IMG/VR virus record: IMGVR_UViG_3300023059_000235
Coordinates: 1-57,325 of that record
Origin: a virus
Taxonomy: Duplodnaviria > Caudoviricetes
Strand: one strand, 5' to 3'
DNA: 57,325 nt
This document shows positions 1-9,660 of this stretch, in pieces. The notes beneath the pieces are model-generated. The model worked only from the letters and a program-made list of their open reading frames with translations, ran no database searches and was not told the DNA's origin. Both the position numbers and the translations under genes were made by a program. Each line of letters begins with the position of its first letter. The stretch's first letter is position 1.

Positions 1-1
1 T

Positions 2-940
2 TATAGCTTGCGCTTCAATAAATTTAGACGCAGCAACACCAAGCGCATTAAGCATGTTTTGAAGGTCTGGTTTTGTATGATCAGCCATCATTTCTAGCAG
101 ACGATCATCGTTGTACGCTTTACTAAAAATTGCTGCCTTGATTCTATTAATGAGGGCTTGTGTTGGTTTTTTATCTTTCGTGGTGTACTGCGCTGCTTCC
201 GTATCACCTAATTTAGTTAAAAAACCTTGAATAAACTTTTGATTACTTAATGCTAATAAATCACCATCTTCACTCGGGTTAAAGAGAGCCAGTAAATTAT
301 CATCTAATCGTTTAGCATCAGCTTTTGCTCGTTCTGTAGCTGTAAATGACAACTTATCATCTTGGTTTGCATCAATAGCAAATTGTGCTCTATCAATCTC
401 AGTGGTACGAATACGTATCAATATTGGCTGTGCAATGGTTTGGATCTGCTCAGTGCTAAACCCAAAGTAATCGGCTTCATCAATCAACCATTGCTTATAC
501 TCATCTGCGGCACCACGCTCATATGCAAGCTTGATTGCCATGGTTCGGCCATTTCCTGATTCAACTACTAAATCATCACCAGTTATTGGTGCTCCCGTAT
601 CTGCCCGTCCTGAGCGTCCGAGGCTTTCAGGATCTAAATCATTAGCAGTTTTCTGTACCCATGCTTGTGATGATTCACGACTACGATCTCGTGGCTGCAA
701 TTCTTGCGGATAGTTTGGGTTTTCCGCACCTGTTGCTGTATGAGATGCAATAACTTGATCAATATCGACTAAAGCGAAGAAAGTAGAAATCTTTGTCCCT
801 TTAGCAGTCTTAACATTATTAGCTCTACCCCGTAAAAGCCCAGTCAAGGGCTTCGTTGGTTTAAAGAAACTAATCATTTGATCGATTACAATTAAAGGGT
901 CCGTTGCTATTACTGAAGGCGTAATAAATTTAAATATCAT
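2..940 (-). CDS. ddrB: DdrB-like ParB-superfamily domain protein (P1 antirestriction/head operon); 3' end runs off the window
   Basis: Not in the ORF track; translated by hand from the ATG at 940-938, which overlaps the upstream stop (TAATG): MIFKFITPS...NPNYPQELQPRDRSR...GAPITGDDLVVESGNGRTMAI...ANQDDKLSFTATERAKADA. The LQPRDR/GAPI/VESGNGR motifs match the ddrB-ParB family. It follows darA, as in P1. Confidence 0.8.
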   Translation of the reverse strand, partial: MIFKFITPSVIATDPLIVIDQMISFFKPTKPLTGLLRGRANNVKTAKGTKISTFFALVDIDQVIASHTATGAENPNYPQELQPRDRSRESSQAWVQKTANDLDPESLGRSGRADTGAPITGDDLVVESGNGRTMAIKLAYERGAADEYKQWLIDEADYFGFSTEQIQTIAQPILIRIRTTEIDRAQFAIDANQDDKLSFTATERAKADAKRLDDNLLALFNPSEDGDLLALSNQKFIQGFLTKLGDTEAAQYTTKDKKPTQALINRIKAAIFSKAYNDDRLLEMMADHTKPDLQNMLNALGVAASKFIEAQAI

Positions 941-2514
941 TAAACGCTCTCCTTAACTTTAATCTGGTTAAGTAACTCAGTTACAGCTGGAACTAATAAA
1001 GGGTCTTCTAAATTCTTTTCAGCCTCATCTCGAACTTGTTCTAGTACTTCCAAACTAACGCCTACTTGTCCTTCAATGATTGACTTATACAATGGATTCG
1101 AAGTATCCGAAGCTGATAGATTTTGTATTATTTCAGGTTCCACCTCTGGTGCTGGTTCAGGTGTCACCTCTGGTGCCGGTTCAGGTGCCACCTCTGGTGT
1201 CGGTTCAGGTGCCACCTCTGGTGCTGGTTCAGGTACCACCTCTGGTGCTGGTTCAGGTGCCACCTCTGGTGTCGGTTCAGGTGCCACCTCTGATGCTGGT
1301 TCAGGTGCCACCTCTGGTGCCGGTTCAGGTGCCAACTCTGGTGCTGGTTCAGGTGCCACCTCTGGTGCTGGTTCAGGTGCCACCTCTGGTGCTGGTTCAC
1401 TTTTTGAAGTAGCTAAATTGTCTAATTCAGATTGCAAACTTTCAATTTCTTGCTTTAAAGATGCCAATAAGGTCTGCTTTTCTAAAACTCGATTTTCCGC
1501 TTCAGCCAAAGCTTTAGCTTTTTCGGCTTTTTTAGCTTGCAAACGTTTAAAGCGATTACTGTTTTGATTAATTAACTTCATGATTCGACCAGCGAGAATT
1601 GGAATCGATATTCCTTCTCCCTGATTAGGCTGAATTGCAGCTGTAATGTCGCGATTGTTCATTAAGATCTTCCATGAAATTAATGAATCTGCTGGACTAA
1701 TTTTTTTTGATAATCGATCAGGCTTATGGAAAAGTATTGTGAAGTTTTGGCCGTCATCAAAGTCATAAGTAAGCGCAATTTGAAGTACTTTTTTATGCTT
1801 AAAAGGCTTACTTTCAGTAACGTTAATGACTTTGACACCTGTTTTAGAAAACTGGTCCATAGCATTATGCAAGATAGCAGACAGCTGCTCTAAATGCTGG
1901 TAATCAACAATAATAGAGTCATAATGTACTTCTTCGACTCCTAGACTACATAATAGAGTAGGCAACCCATCAAATTTACTTAGCAGCTGACCATGGTCAT
2001 CATTTCGCTGCATGTCTAACAAAAGTTTTGATGTATCACCGTCATGAGAAACTAAACTGATACCATCCCATTGAGGTGTTTCTGCAGCAACAACGTTTTG
2101 TAATTGCTCTAATTGCCATCTCTGAATAGGTTTTGAACCAGACAAATTAAATTGTTTAGATGATAAATGGCGTTTAAGTCCAAATTGATTTGTTTCAATA
2201 ACATCTGTAACACAAGCATCAAACATGCGGCCAAATTGCAGTATCGCTAAATCAGCTGCATGTTGGTCATCGATAGCGCCTAATACTGCAACGGAATCAA
2301 ACGAATCAATTCCACTCTTTTTACCCTTTAGATTTACAACTCGCCATGAATCATTTTCCGTAAAATCTTCTGTGACTAACGCATTAATTTGACGGTAATC
2401 GCCTTTAATAAAACCTATTGAACAAGCACCGCTATTGACCATCGAATCAAAGCCAAGAACAACTCGACTTTGATGTGGTCCATGAGTCTGAATGAAAATC
2501 GAAACATTAAGCAT
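940..2514 (-). CDS. darA: DarA-like internal head protein (DarA N-terminal domain, coiled coil, Pro/Glu repeat linker)
   Basis: [15 protein letters not shown]...[24 protein letters not shown]...[15 protein letters not shown] resembles P1 DarA_N; adjacent to the ddrB-like gene. Confidence 0.75.
   Translation of the reverse strand: MLNVSIFIQTHGPHQSRVVLGFDSMVNSGACSIGFIKGDYRQINALVTEDFTENDSWRVVNLKGKKSGIDSFDSVAVLGAIDDQHAADLAILQFGRMFDACVTDVIETNQFGLKRHLSSKQFNLSGSKPIQRWQLEQLQNVVAAETPQWDGISLVSHDGDTSKLLLDMQRNDDHGQLLSKFDGLPTLLCSLGVEEVHYDSIIVDYQHLEQLSAILHNAMDQFSKTGVKVINVTESKPFKHKKVLQIALTYDFDDGQNFTILFHKPDRLSKKISPADSLISWKILMNNRDITAAIQPNQGEGISIPILAGRIMKLINQNSNRFKRLQAKKAEKAKALAEAENRVLEKQTLLASLKQEIESLQSELDNLATSKSEPAPEVAPEPAPEVAPEPAPELAPEPAPEVAPEPASEVAPEPTPEVAPEPAPEVVPEPAPEVAPEPTPEVAPEPAPEVTPEPAPEVEPEIIQNLSASDTSNPLYKSIIEGQVGVSLEVLEQVRDEAEKNLEDPLLVPAVTELLNQIKVKESV
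1132..1399. repeat. 24-bp tandem repeat, 11 units, encoding (EPAPEVAP)n in darA
   Basis: Consensus ttcaggtgccacctctggtgctgg repeated contiguously from 1132, mostly with single-base variants. Confidence 0.95.
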
Positions 2515-2544
2515 AATTAAAACTCAATAAGAATATTTATATGC

Positions 2545-2585
2545 ATTTTGGATGATGTCTTATTTAATTTTTTTAAGATGTTCCA
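2545..2585 (-). promoter_or_regulatory. Putative late promoter TGGAAC-N29-CAAAAT (darA-ddrB)
   Basis: gttcca at 2580-2585, 29-nt spacer, attttg at 2545-2550. Confidence 0.75.
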
Positions 2586-2642
2586 ATTTTTAATGACGTA
2601 ATAAATTACGAGTTATAATTAATTTATTTAAAGGGTAAAGTT

Positions 2643-3014
2643 ATGAACCAAGAATCGTTAAATAAATATGTATTAGATGTAAAAGATGGTAATCACTCAG
2701 ATTTAACCCATAAGTTCCTAGATAATGAATATATTTATCTGCATGCAACTGCTAAATCCAATTTAGAAAATATCATGAAAAATGGTTTTCTTATAAGTAG
2801 TTCTATCTATGAAAAAGTTTGTTTTGGAAGATCCTTCCACATTGCAAAATCATATGCATTTCAAAGATCCAATGAAGGAATAATTATTGGTGTAAATTTA
2901 GAAAAATATTTGACAGATCCTAACTTAAATAATAAATATTTTTTTGATCAAGGGGATTTAAAGTTTTTAATAAATATTACTCCAGATGTTATCTTTGGAC
3001 ATATTGAACTTTAA
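2643..3014 (+). CDS. Small ADP-ribosyltransferase-fold protein (KptA/DarT/PARP-like, His type)
   Basis: YLHAT-x3-LENIMKNG, VCFG..AKSYA, IIIGVN, INITPDVI follow the H-type ART pattern; SD-like AAGGGT upstream; terminator downstream. Confidence 0.55.
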   Translation: MNQESLNKYVLDVKDGNHSDLTHKFLDNEYIYLHATAKSNLENIMKNGFLISSSIYEKVCFGRSFHIAKSYAFQRSNEGIIIGVNLEKYLTDPNLNNKYFFDQGDLKFLINITPDVIFGHIEL

Positions 3015-3040
3015 AAAAGGGAGCAAAATGCTCCCTTTTT
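3013..3040. terminator. Bidirectional intrinsic terminator
   Basis: AAAAAAGGGAGCA-AAA-TGCTCCCTTTTT between convergent genes. Confidence 0.85.
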
Positions 3041-3692
3041 ATTTTAAGTTTGGGAACATTTTTATGAAATTTAAGGTGACTATTGAATGTGCTTTATTTG
3101 CAGCGTCAAGAGGTAAATTACCAGCTTGTAGTGCGACTAAATGCTCAATTTCAAAATGGTGCTGAGTTCTTACAGCTTTATCAAAAGCATATATTTTCAA
3201 ACGCATTAAATATTCTATAGGTGGAGGTTGTGTACCATCTTTATTGAACATTATCTGCTTTATGGCTAATGCACTATTTGCGATAGCTGCAGCTTTAGTC
3301 TCAATAAATGAAATACTTAATTCATTTGAAGCATTACCGGTTATATGGTTGAGTTGATAGTGACCAACATGCACTGAATCTGTTTGTGCATCCAGAAGTG
3401 AAACATCAACATTATTGGCTAACCACGCAATTTTATTCGAAGGATCAAAAATCGGTATATTTGCTTGGGCAATCTTACTGGTTGGCCGATATGGTCGAAT
3501 TTCTATTCCAAAATGGGCAGCTGATAGAGTTCCCAATGCGTATAGTTCTTGATAATGAGAAACAGCTTTATCAACTGTTAAACCAGACCATAAAACAGGA
3601 TTTCTTGCAAAACGTTCTTTGAAGGGATTTAAAACATTACCAAAACTGTTATTAGACGTTTTATTCTGTGTTTCATATTCAAAAAAAGCCAT
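3039..3692 (-). CDS. Tube-fold baseplate protein (P1 BplB-like)
   Basis: IMFNKDGTQPPPIEYLMRLKIY resembles the BplB NPDGT..P..YL..RIY motif; coupled to the portal gene. Confidence 0.5.
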   Translation of the reverse strand: MAFFEYETQNKTSNNSFGNVLNPFKERFARNPVLWSGLTVDKAVSHYQELYALGTLSAAHFGIEIRPYRPTSKIAQANIPIFDPSNKIAWLANNVDVSLLDAQTDSVHVGHYQLNHITGNASNELSISFIETKAAAIANSALAIKQIMFNKDGTQPPPIEYLMRLKIYAFDKAVRTQHHFEIEHLVALQAGNLPLDAANKAHSIVTLNFIKMFPNLK

Positions 3693-5227
3693 TATTCGTC
3701 TTCCTCTGGAAATTTACGGCTTTTAGCAATACTTTCAGCTAATGTTAAAGCTTCTTCATATTTCATACCTGCATCGCGCTCAAGAATGGAAGCCATAATA
3801 TCTACATCTAAATTTGATTCCTTCAAAGCTGAGATTACTTGGGCTTTGAGAAGAGTTGTATTCATTCTAGATTGAGCATTGTTGATTTCTTCTGTAGCTG
3901 CTGCAGTTTGGTTTGTATAATACTCAACCTGCCAAGGATAATCTTTAGGCTCAAATTGCTCATTAAATGCAAATCCCCAATCCAAGTGAAGAATTTGATT
4001 AATCCCTTCAGATACTGCCGTGCGAATGTCTTGTGATCTACGCATGATTTGCGCTGAAGTATGGAATGCTCCTCCTTCACCGATACCCCCAGTCAACATA
4101 TCAGCCCAACCGACCATACTCGGGTCTAGACCTATACCACCCATAAGCAATCGAACATTAATCATGAACTGTTCAATATTGATAGGTGAGCTTCTCTGAT
4201 TCTTGATATCACCTACTGGATTTAGAACTTGCTTATCATCAAAAACTGGAAGCATGTGAAAAGCAGTATTCCAGACTGCTTCACCACCTGATAAAGCATC
4301 ACGGACATACGACTCGTGATTTTTAAGTAAACCTTCTAAAGCACGAACATAAGCTTGGCGTTGTGCTGGTGGCATTCCAGACATATTTATCGTCAAGAAC
4401 ATCTGATTTACAGTATCTGCAATCTGCTGGCTGTTCATAGATGCCAAAGCAAGAATTACATCGTCATAAACATCTTCAATTTCGTAAAGGAATGAGCCAC
4501 CTAAATGAGCTGGTAAAATAGGTAATTCATCTGGGTCATCTCCTTCTAACATTTTAGTTACAAGGCCAGTTTCTACCAGTTCATACTGAGCAATGTTGCT
4601 CATACGAGGCATTTTGAAACGTACCATTTGAATAGTATTAAGTTTGGTAATTGTTTTCTGCCAATTGCGAGGATCTAAGCAATAAAAGGCTACAGTTTTA
4701 CTGCCTTGTTCGAATGGCTGTATTAATGGTGGATATGTATATTCATTACAAACGAGGTCAATTACCCCTTGCTCTTTTTTCCCATAAATACGAGCAAAGG
4801 AATCACCAAATGAAATCGCATCACGAGCAAGTTTACTTAAATATTTATTGATCAGCTTTTCCATGACATCACGGCGTTCATCTAGCTGTTTTTTTATTTT
4901 TTCAGCTGCTGGGCCATCTGCCTTTTTCAACCGCTGTGCTGGTGTAATAAAGACTTGTTGTCCGCTATAGGAATCTCCCCCTAAAGCGGCAGAGACATGA
5001 ATTCCCATACCTTCTGCGATAGGTGCGAAGCGTAACATTCTCTCCCATTTTGTGAGAATTTCTTTTCGAGTACGTTTCTTATTGGCTTTGGTTTGATTTG
5101 TCCCAAGTGAAAACGGTGCCATGGTTTCATATAGCTGCGCCGTGGAATCCTGATTAGCCGTATCGAATTGCTGATCATATGAATTTACATTTTCACCGAG
5201 TAACAACGATAAGAACCGAGAAGACAT
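3692..5227 (-). CDS. Portal protein (P1 Prt-like)
   Basis: 511 aa; FGDSFARIYGKKEQGV..NEYTYPPLIQPFE and LMGGIGLDPSMVGWADMLTGGIGEGG..TSAQ resemble P1 Prt. Confidence 0.75.
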   Translation of the reverse strand: MSSRFLSLLLGENVNSYDQQFDTANQDSTAQLYETMAPFSLGTNQTKANKKRTRKEILTKWERMLRFAPIAEGMGIHVSAALGGDSYSGQQVFITPAQRLKKADGPAAEKIKKQLDERRDVMEKLINKYLSKLARDAISFGDSFARIYGKKEQGVIDLVCNEYTYPPLIQPFEQGSKTVAFYCLDPRNWQKTITKLNTIQMVRFKMPRMSNIAQYELVETGLVTKMLEGDDPDELPILPAHLGGSFLYEIEDVYDDVILALASMNSQQIADTVNQMFLTINMSGMPPAQRQAYVRALEGLLKNHESYVRDALSGGEAVWNTAFHMLPVFDDKQVLNPVGDIKNQRSSPINIEQFMINVRLLMGGIGLDPSMVGWADMLTGGIGEGGAFHTSAQIMRRSQDIRTAVSEGINQILHLDWGFAFNEQFEPKDYPWQVEYYTNQTAAATEEINNAQSRMNTTLLKAQVISALKESNLDVDIMASILERDAGMKYEEALTLAESIAKSRKFPEEDE

Positions 5228-5257
5228 AACTAAGCCAAAATACCTAAATAATTAAGT

Positions 5258-5298
5258 ATTTTGATGGCTACCTTTTTTTAATTTTTAGATGAGTTCCA
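5258..5298 (-). promoter_or_regulatory. Putative late promoter TGGAAC-N29-CAAAAT (portal operon)
   Basis: gttcca at 5293-5298, attttg at 5258-5263. Confidence 0.75.
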
Positions 5299-5306
5299 AA
5301 GTGTAT

Positions 5307-5347
5307 TGGAACCGTACAGATTTAATAAATCCACAGCATGCAATTCT
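5307..5347 (+). promoter_or_regulatory. Putative late promoter TGGAAC-N29-AATTCT (divergent, + strand)
   Basis: tggaac at 5307-5312, aattct at 5342-5347; back-to-back with the portal promoter. Confidence 0.6.
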
Positions 5348-5386
5348 ATTTGCACATATTTTTTAATTTGTTCAGAGGACATTGTC

Positions 5387-5584
5387 ATGACTGAAGGTGT
5401 AAAAGTTTTTACCCCATTGGATATCGAATTAGCTCAGAAAACTACGGACATTGTTAATAGCCAACGTTATAACAACCGTCCTGAATTCGAAACCCTTACC
5501 TTAGGCTGGGATCGCAAAACTGGTGCTGTTGCAGTTAACTACACTTTTCCTGAAGAACCACCAATTAATGATCAAACACTTTAG
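5387..5584 (+). CDS. Hypothetical 65-aa protein (MTEGVKVF...)
   Basis: ATG 5387 preceded by AGAGGA; late-type promoter upstream; hairpin with T-run at 5621-5655 downstream. Confidence 0.6.
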   Translation: MTEGVKVFTPLDIELAQKTTDIVNSQRYNNRPEFETLTLGWDRKTGAVAVNYTFPEEPPINDQTL

Positions 5585-5779
5585 TAAAGCAGAATACTTA
5601 GCGATTATTTAATGACAAAGAAAAGTACATGATTTAATAATTGTGTACTTTTTTTACAGAAGGAAATTAAGTACTGTAAAAGAGAATTAACTTAGGAATA
5701 TTAAATATTTCAAGATAAAAATTATTTTAATCTAAAATAAATTCGTGTAATTTATAGAAAAATATAACTTTGTGACTTT

Positions 5780-8482
5780 TTGATGAGTTCCATCCTGCCT
5801 TTAGAAAAAAATATTATTGTAAGTGTTCCTAATGAATACACTACTTCACAAAAAGGGGCTTATTTTGAAAAGTTATGTGCCCAAATCCTTCGCAAACAGT
5901 CTTATGAAATTACAGGTTATGAAGTTAGAAGAACAGGTATGGAAGTAGACCTTGAAGCTATCCATAAACCATCTCAAAAAACTGTATATATAGAATGTAA
6001 ATTTTTTAATGACAAAAGCTCAATTGATTCAAAAATAGTTGATTTGTGTTTTGCACAATCTTTTAGAGGAGATTTTGACAAGATAGCTCTTTTCTCTACA
6101 GTTAAATTGGGTAAAGATGCTCAAGGTACATATGATAATTATTTAAAAAAGCGAATAGACTTTTCTTATTATGATAGTGAAGAAATTCTTTCAGCTTTAG
6201 AAGTAAGTGGTCAAATTCCAAATATTGATACAATTAAATTCAATTCAAATGTAACATCCGCAACTCTACTTATACATCCAGAACTTGTTCCAGTATGGCT
6301 ATTACAAGAAAGTGAAAACGGCTCTCCTACTGGATTAATTGCATATGTTTCTCCAGATAATGAAGTAAGTTTAGAACGTGTTAGACAAATTCTTGATAGT
6401 GAAGGAAAGCTAGAAGAATTAGATATAAAGCTTTTTGAACAAAAATTTACGCTTCCTCAGACTGAATTATCAACATCTTCTCCGACAAGAGAAGTTGTTA
6501 GTGGAATAGTTTTAGCCGATGATATTATGGACCCTAAACCATGCAGGCCAAAAGACTTTATTGGTAGAGATGATATACAAAAAGAAATCTGGGATTTTTT
6601 AGAGTCAGTTCGCACACAAGAAACAGATTCAAGAATTCTTGCATTAACGGGCCTTTCTGGTAATGGTAAATCATCTTTAGTTGCTAACCTTTCTGATCGC
6701 TTCACTAATAAAAAATGGAAAAACAAACTTTATCTCTATCCTGTTGATGTACGTTCTGCAAGAGGCTCACGTTTTGTCGCTGAAGCTGTAACAAAAGCAT
6801 TTAATACCGCAGTAAGTCATGGATTTATTGAATCTAATACTTCTTTTACTATTGAGAATATTGACGAAATTACAGGTGGAAAAGCATTTCAAGAATACGC
6901 GCATTTTCTTGAAAATAATAATAAAATCATGGTGATTTTCTTTGATCAATTCGAAGAAGTTTTTATGAAAGAAGAACTCTTTTCCTTGTTTAGAGCATTT
7001 AGAAGATTTGCTCTTGACATATCTGCTGAAAAAACAAATGTAGTAGTTGGTTTTTCATGGAGAACGGGTATTTTTTTAGGGAATGATAATCCTGCTTATG
7101 GACTTTGGTATGACTTACGTGATCATAGAACTGAACGGAAATTAAAAACATTTGATGTAAAAGACTCCAATAAAATGATTTCTAGTTTCGAAATAGAAGC
7201 AGAAATTAATTTAACAAAACCATTAAAAGCCAGGTTAATTCAACAAGCCCAAGGATTCCCTTGGTTTCTTAAAAAACTCTGCATTCATTTATTTAAGAAA
7301 ATAAAAGAAGGTATTTCTCAAGAAGAACTTTTAATTAGTCAAATGCAAATAAAAAACCTATTTGATGAAGATTTAGAACGACCTTCAGGTGAAGTTGAAT
7401 GTTTAAAATTTGTTGCTAAAAAATCGCCAGTTGATAGATATGAAGCAACTAGAGAATTTGGCGAAAATACAGTTTCGAGATTAATTGCAGATAGACTACT
7501 TATTAAAACAGGAGAAAAAATTTCTGTATATTGGGATGTTTTCCGAGATTATCTCATCACAAATGAAACGCCGGTTATTTCTTGGGCATTTATGCCAAAT
7601 TATCGAGTTAACATGTCTTTAAAATTTGTGGAATTGATTAAAGATCAAGCAGTTTCTATAGATGAGTTAGTGCAAAAAACTACCTATAGTAGAGGAACAA
7701 TTCAAAATATATTTATTGATTTATTGTCCTTTGCATTAGTGGTAAAAACTAAAGATGACAAATACAAACTTAATTGTGAAATTGATGAGATTCCGCTAAA
7801 AGTTCGCAATCAAATGTTAGGACATTTTATTTATCAAGAAGCTTTGGCAGCATGTAAAAATAATGAAGAGTCTATCATTCCAGTTGAAGATATGTCTTTA
7901 ATTATTAATAAAGCTTATGCCTCAGATGAGGGAAAAACTCTTGGTCGGTATGTTGCAAAAATCTTATCTTGGTTAAGATTCGCTGGCTTGATGAGTCAAT
8001 TACAAGATAAATTGAGAATTTATGATGCCAAAAGCTATTCTCCAGACTTTGGTGAAATCTTAGGCGGCAGTAGAAAGACTAGTTTATTTTTAGCAGCGAG
8101 CACATTTGAAAAAGCAGTATTTTTACTCAATAAAATCATATCTCATCAACCAATTGATCAAACTGAATCAGGGATCCGAAATGTGATTGCTGACTTAGTT
8201 GCATTAGGTATTTGTAGAAGAGTAAGTAATAATCGAATTGAGTTAACAAAACCTACTAATCCAGAATTTTCTATTGAAAAACACCTTGCGAAAAAGGTTC
8301 TTGAAGCTGATACAATAATTTTATTAGATAAACTTGTTATGCATTATGGGGAAGATTTAAGTATATTAGTAGAAAAAATGTCAATTGAACTAGGCAAAAA
8401 TTGGAAAGAAACTTCAGGACAAAGATATATTAATGCTCTAATTCGTTATAGAAATTTTGCTCTAAAAACTCTTAATCACTAA
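5780..8482 (+). CDS. Mrr-like PD-(D/E)xK restriction endonuclease fused to a P-loop (STAND/AAA) NTPase and helical C-terminus; candidate defence protein
   Basis: KGAYFE...EVDLEA..VYIECK nuclease motif; FIGRD; Walker A GLSGNGKS; Walker B IFFDQFEE; GFPWFLK (GxP motif). Confidence 0.8.
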   Translation: MMSSILPLEKNIIVSVPNEYTTSQKGAYFEKLCAQILRKQSYEITGYEVRRTGMEVDLEAIHKPSQKTVYIECKFFNDKSSIDSKIVDLCFAQSFRGDFDKIALFSTVKLGKDAQGTYDNYLKKRIDFSYYDSEEILSALEVSGQIPNIDTIKFNSNVTSATLLIHPELVPVWLLQESENGSPTGLIAYVSPDNEVSLERVRQILDSEGKLEELDIKLFEQKFTLPQTELSTSSPTREVVSGIVLADDIMDPKPCRPKDFIGRDDIQKEIWDFLESVRTQETDSRILALTGLSGNGKSSLVANLSDRFTNKKWKNKLYLYPVDVRSARGSRFVAEAVTKAFNTAVSHGFIESNTSFTIENIDEITGGKAFQEYAHFLENNNKIMVIFFDQFEEVFMKEELFSLFRAFRRFALDISAEKTNVVVGFSWRTGIFLGNDNPAYGLWYDLRDHRTERKLKTFDVKDSNKMISSFEIEAEINLTKPLKARLIQQAQGFPWFLKKLCIHLFKKIKEGISQEELLISQMQIKNLFDEDLERPSGEVECLKFVAKKSPVDRYEATREFGENTVSRLIADRLLIKTGEKISVYWDVFRDYLITNETPVISWAFMPNYRVNMSLKFVELIKDQAVSIDELVQKTTYSRGTIQNIFIDLLSFALVVKTKDDKYKLNCEIDEIPLKVRNQMLGHFIYQEALAACKNNEESIIPVEDMSLIINKAYASDEGKTLGRYVAKILSWLRFAGLMSQLQDKLRIYDAKSYSPDFGEILGGSRKTSLFLAASTFEKAVFLLNKIISHQPIDQTESGIRNVIADLVALGICRRVSNNRIELTKPTNPEFSIEKHLAKKVLEADTIILLDKLVMHYGEDLSILVEKMSIELGKNWKETSGQRYINALIRYRNFALKTLNH

Positions 8483-8533
8483 GTTTAAGTTAGTGTTATA
8501 CATTTGCAAACGATATATTACTCTTATATAAAT

Positions 8534-8564
8534 AAAGATAGCCCCAATTTAGGTGCTATCTTTT
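8534..8564. terminator. Bidirectional terminator-like hairpin
   Basis: AAAGATAGC..GCTATCTTTT between convergent genes. Confidence 0.6.
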
Positions 8565-9264
8565 ACCCTGCAAATCTAAAAACAAATAAATTAAAACCAT
8601 ATAATTTTAATGCCTTTACCATCCCAGGTTCAGGTGAACCGTCATGTCGCCATTTAAATGCAAGTTTTAATTTACCTTGGTTATATCCCCAATACATAGC
8701 AAACCATCTTGCTGTAGTACCTGTAGGACCAGGGTTAATATCCAAAGAACCTATAATATTATCTACTAGGAACCCAGAACCAACACCAATATCCACTTCA
8801 ATACCTTCCCCGCCGTTAGAAGCTAATTCATCATGGGTAAAATGTAATACTTGAGTTACACGTGGTACTTTACCTGCAGATGCTGCTGACCAAATTAATT
8901 CACCTGTTTCATTAAATACATCAAGATAACCTGAAGACACTGGATAGTCTTGACGCAATTGATATAAAGTTCCTGAATTAACTCCAAAAGTACCAGCTCC
9001 AGCACCATATCCCCCATCATTAGGCATTATGATAGTCATGGGAGTTAAACCATCATCTAATTTATCAATACCTATTGTACGAGTATCACGCATAGTAGTT
9101 GGGTACCACGAAGGACCACCACCACCAAAAGTAATAACCATAGGTAAAGCTCCTGTGGGATCGGGTAATGTGGTAATAACTGTAGTTCCTACTGTACCAA
9201 TATTTTTAGTCTCATCATCGACTACTACATTACCTTTATCATTAAGTACAATAAAATTACCCAT
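8563..9264 (-). CDS. Putative receptor-binding/tail-tip accessory protein
   Basis: N-terminal FIVLNDKGNVVVD and internal GYLDVFNETGELIWSA motifs are typical of the second gene after J-like fibres. Confidence 0.55.
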   Translation of the reverse strand: MGNFIVLNDKGNVVVDDETKNIGTVGTTVITTLPDPTGALPMVITFGGGGPSWYPTTMRDTRTIGIDKLDDGLTPMTIIMPNDGGYGAGAGTFGVNSGTLYQLRQDYPVSSGYLDVFNETGELIWSAASAGKVPRVTQVLHFTHDELASNGGEGIEVDIGVGSGFLVDNIIGSLDINPGPTGTTARWFAMYWGYNQGKLKLAFKWRHDGSPEPGMVKALKLYGFNLFVFRFAG

Positions 9265-9269
9265 TACTA

Positions 9270-9617
9270 CTACCTAAATTTATAAAAGAGTAATGTGTCT
9301 GTAGCTAAAGGAGCTTGCTCAAAACACGACAATACGTAAGTATCTGCTGCAGTAATAGATACGAAACATCTTTGCATGCCTACTACATTCTTTTGAGTAC
9401 CTACTTGTCTGCCCGTAACAAAAGCCACAGTAGTTTCTGGATGTATACCCGACATAGTAAGTGGCAAACCTATACGGTCAGCTCCAAAATAGTCTTGTAC
9501 ACTTTTAGGAGCAACAGCATCACCTATAGTAATGCTTTTAAATGCAGTAAGTTGCTTATCTGTAAGATCAACAATAATTTTTCCAGTTTCATCAAAACAT
9601 TGTAAGCCTTGTGGCAT
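9270..9617 (-). CDS. Tail-tip accessory protein downstream of the J-like fibre
   Basis: MPQGLQCFDETGKIIVDLTD N-terminus is typical of small post-J genes; GGGAGG SD. Confidence 0.6.
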   Translation of the reverse strand: MPQGLQCFDETGKIIVDLTDKQLTAFKSITIGDAVAPKSVQDYFGADRIGLPLTMSGIHPETTVAFVTGRQVGTQKNVVGMQRCFVSITAADTYVLSCFEQAPLATDTLLFYKFR

Positions 9618-9628
9618 TTTGTCCTCCC

Positions 9629-9653
9629 AAAAAAAGGGCTAGATAACTAGCCC
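9629..9653 (-). terminator. Intrinsic terminator after the giant spike gene
   Basis: Minus strand GGGCTAG-TTAT-CTAGCCC-TTTTTT. Confidence 0.75.
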
Positions 9654-9660
9654 CTCTTCA

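Noticed and set aside
1132-1399. Possible CRISPR array
   Set aside because: Units are contiguous with no unique spacers, lie in frame in a CDS, and no cas genes are present.
1076-1567. ORFs 1076..1567(+), 1080..1412(+) and 1164..1400(-) with [16 protein letters not shown] and HQRWHLN repeats
   Set aside because: Alternative frames of the 24-bp repeat inside darA; open only because the repeat lacks stop codons.
2580-2585. TGGAAC read as a sigma54 -24 or an ECF-sigma -35 element
   Set aside because: No conserved TTGC at the sigma54 spacing and no conserved element 16-17 nt downstream; the conserved partner is 29 nt away.
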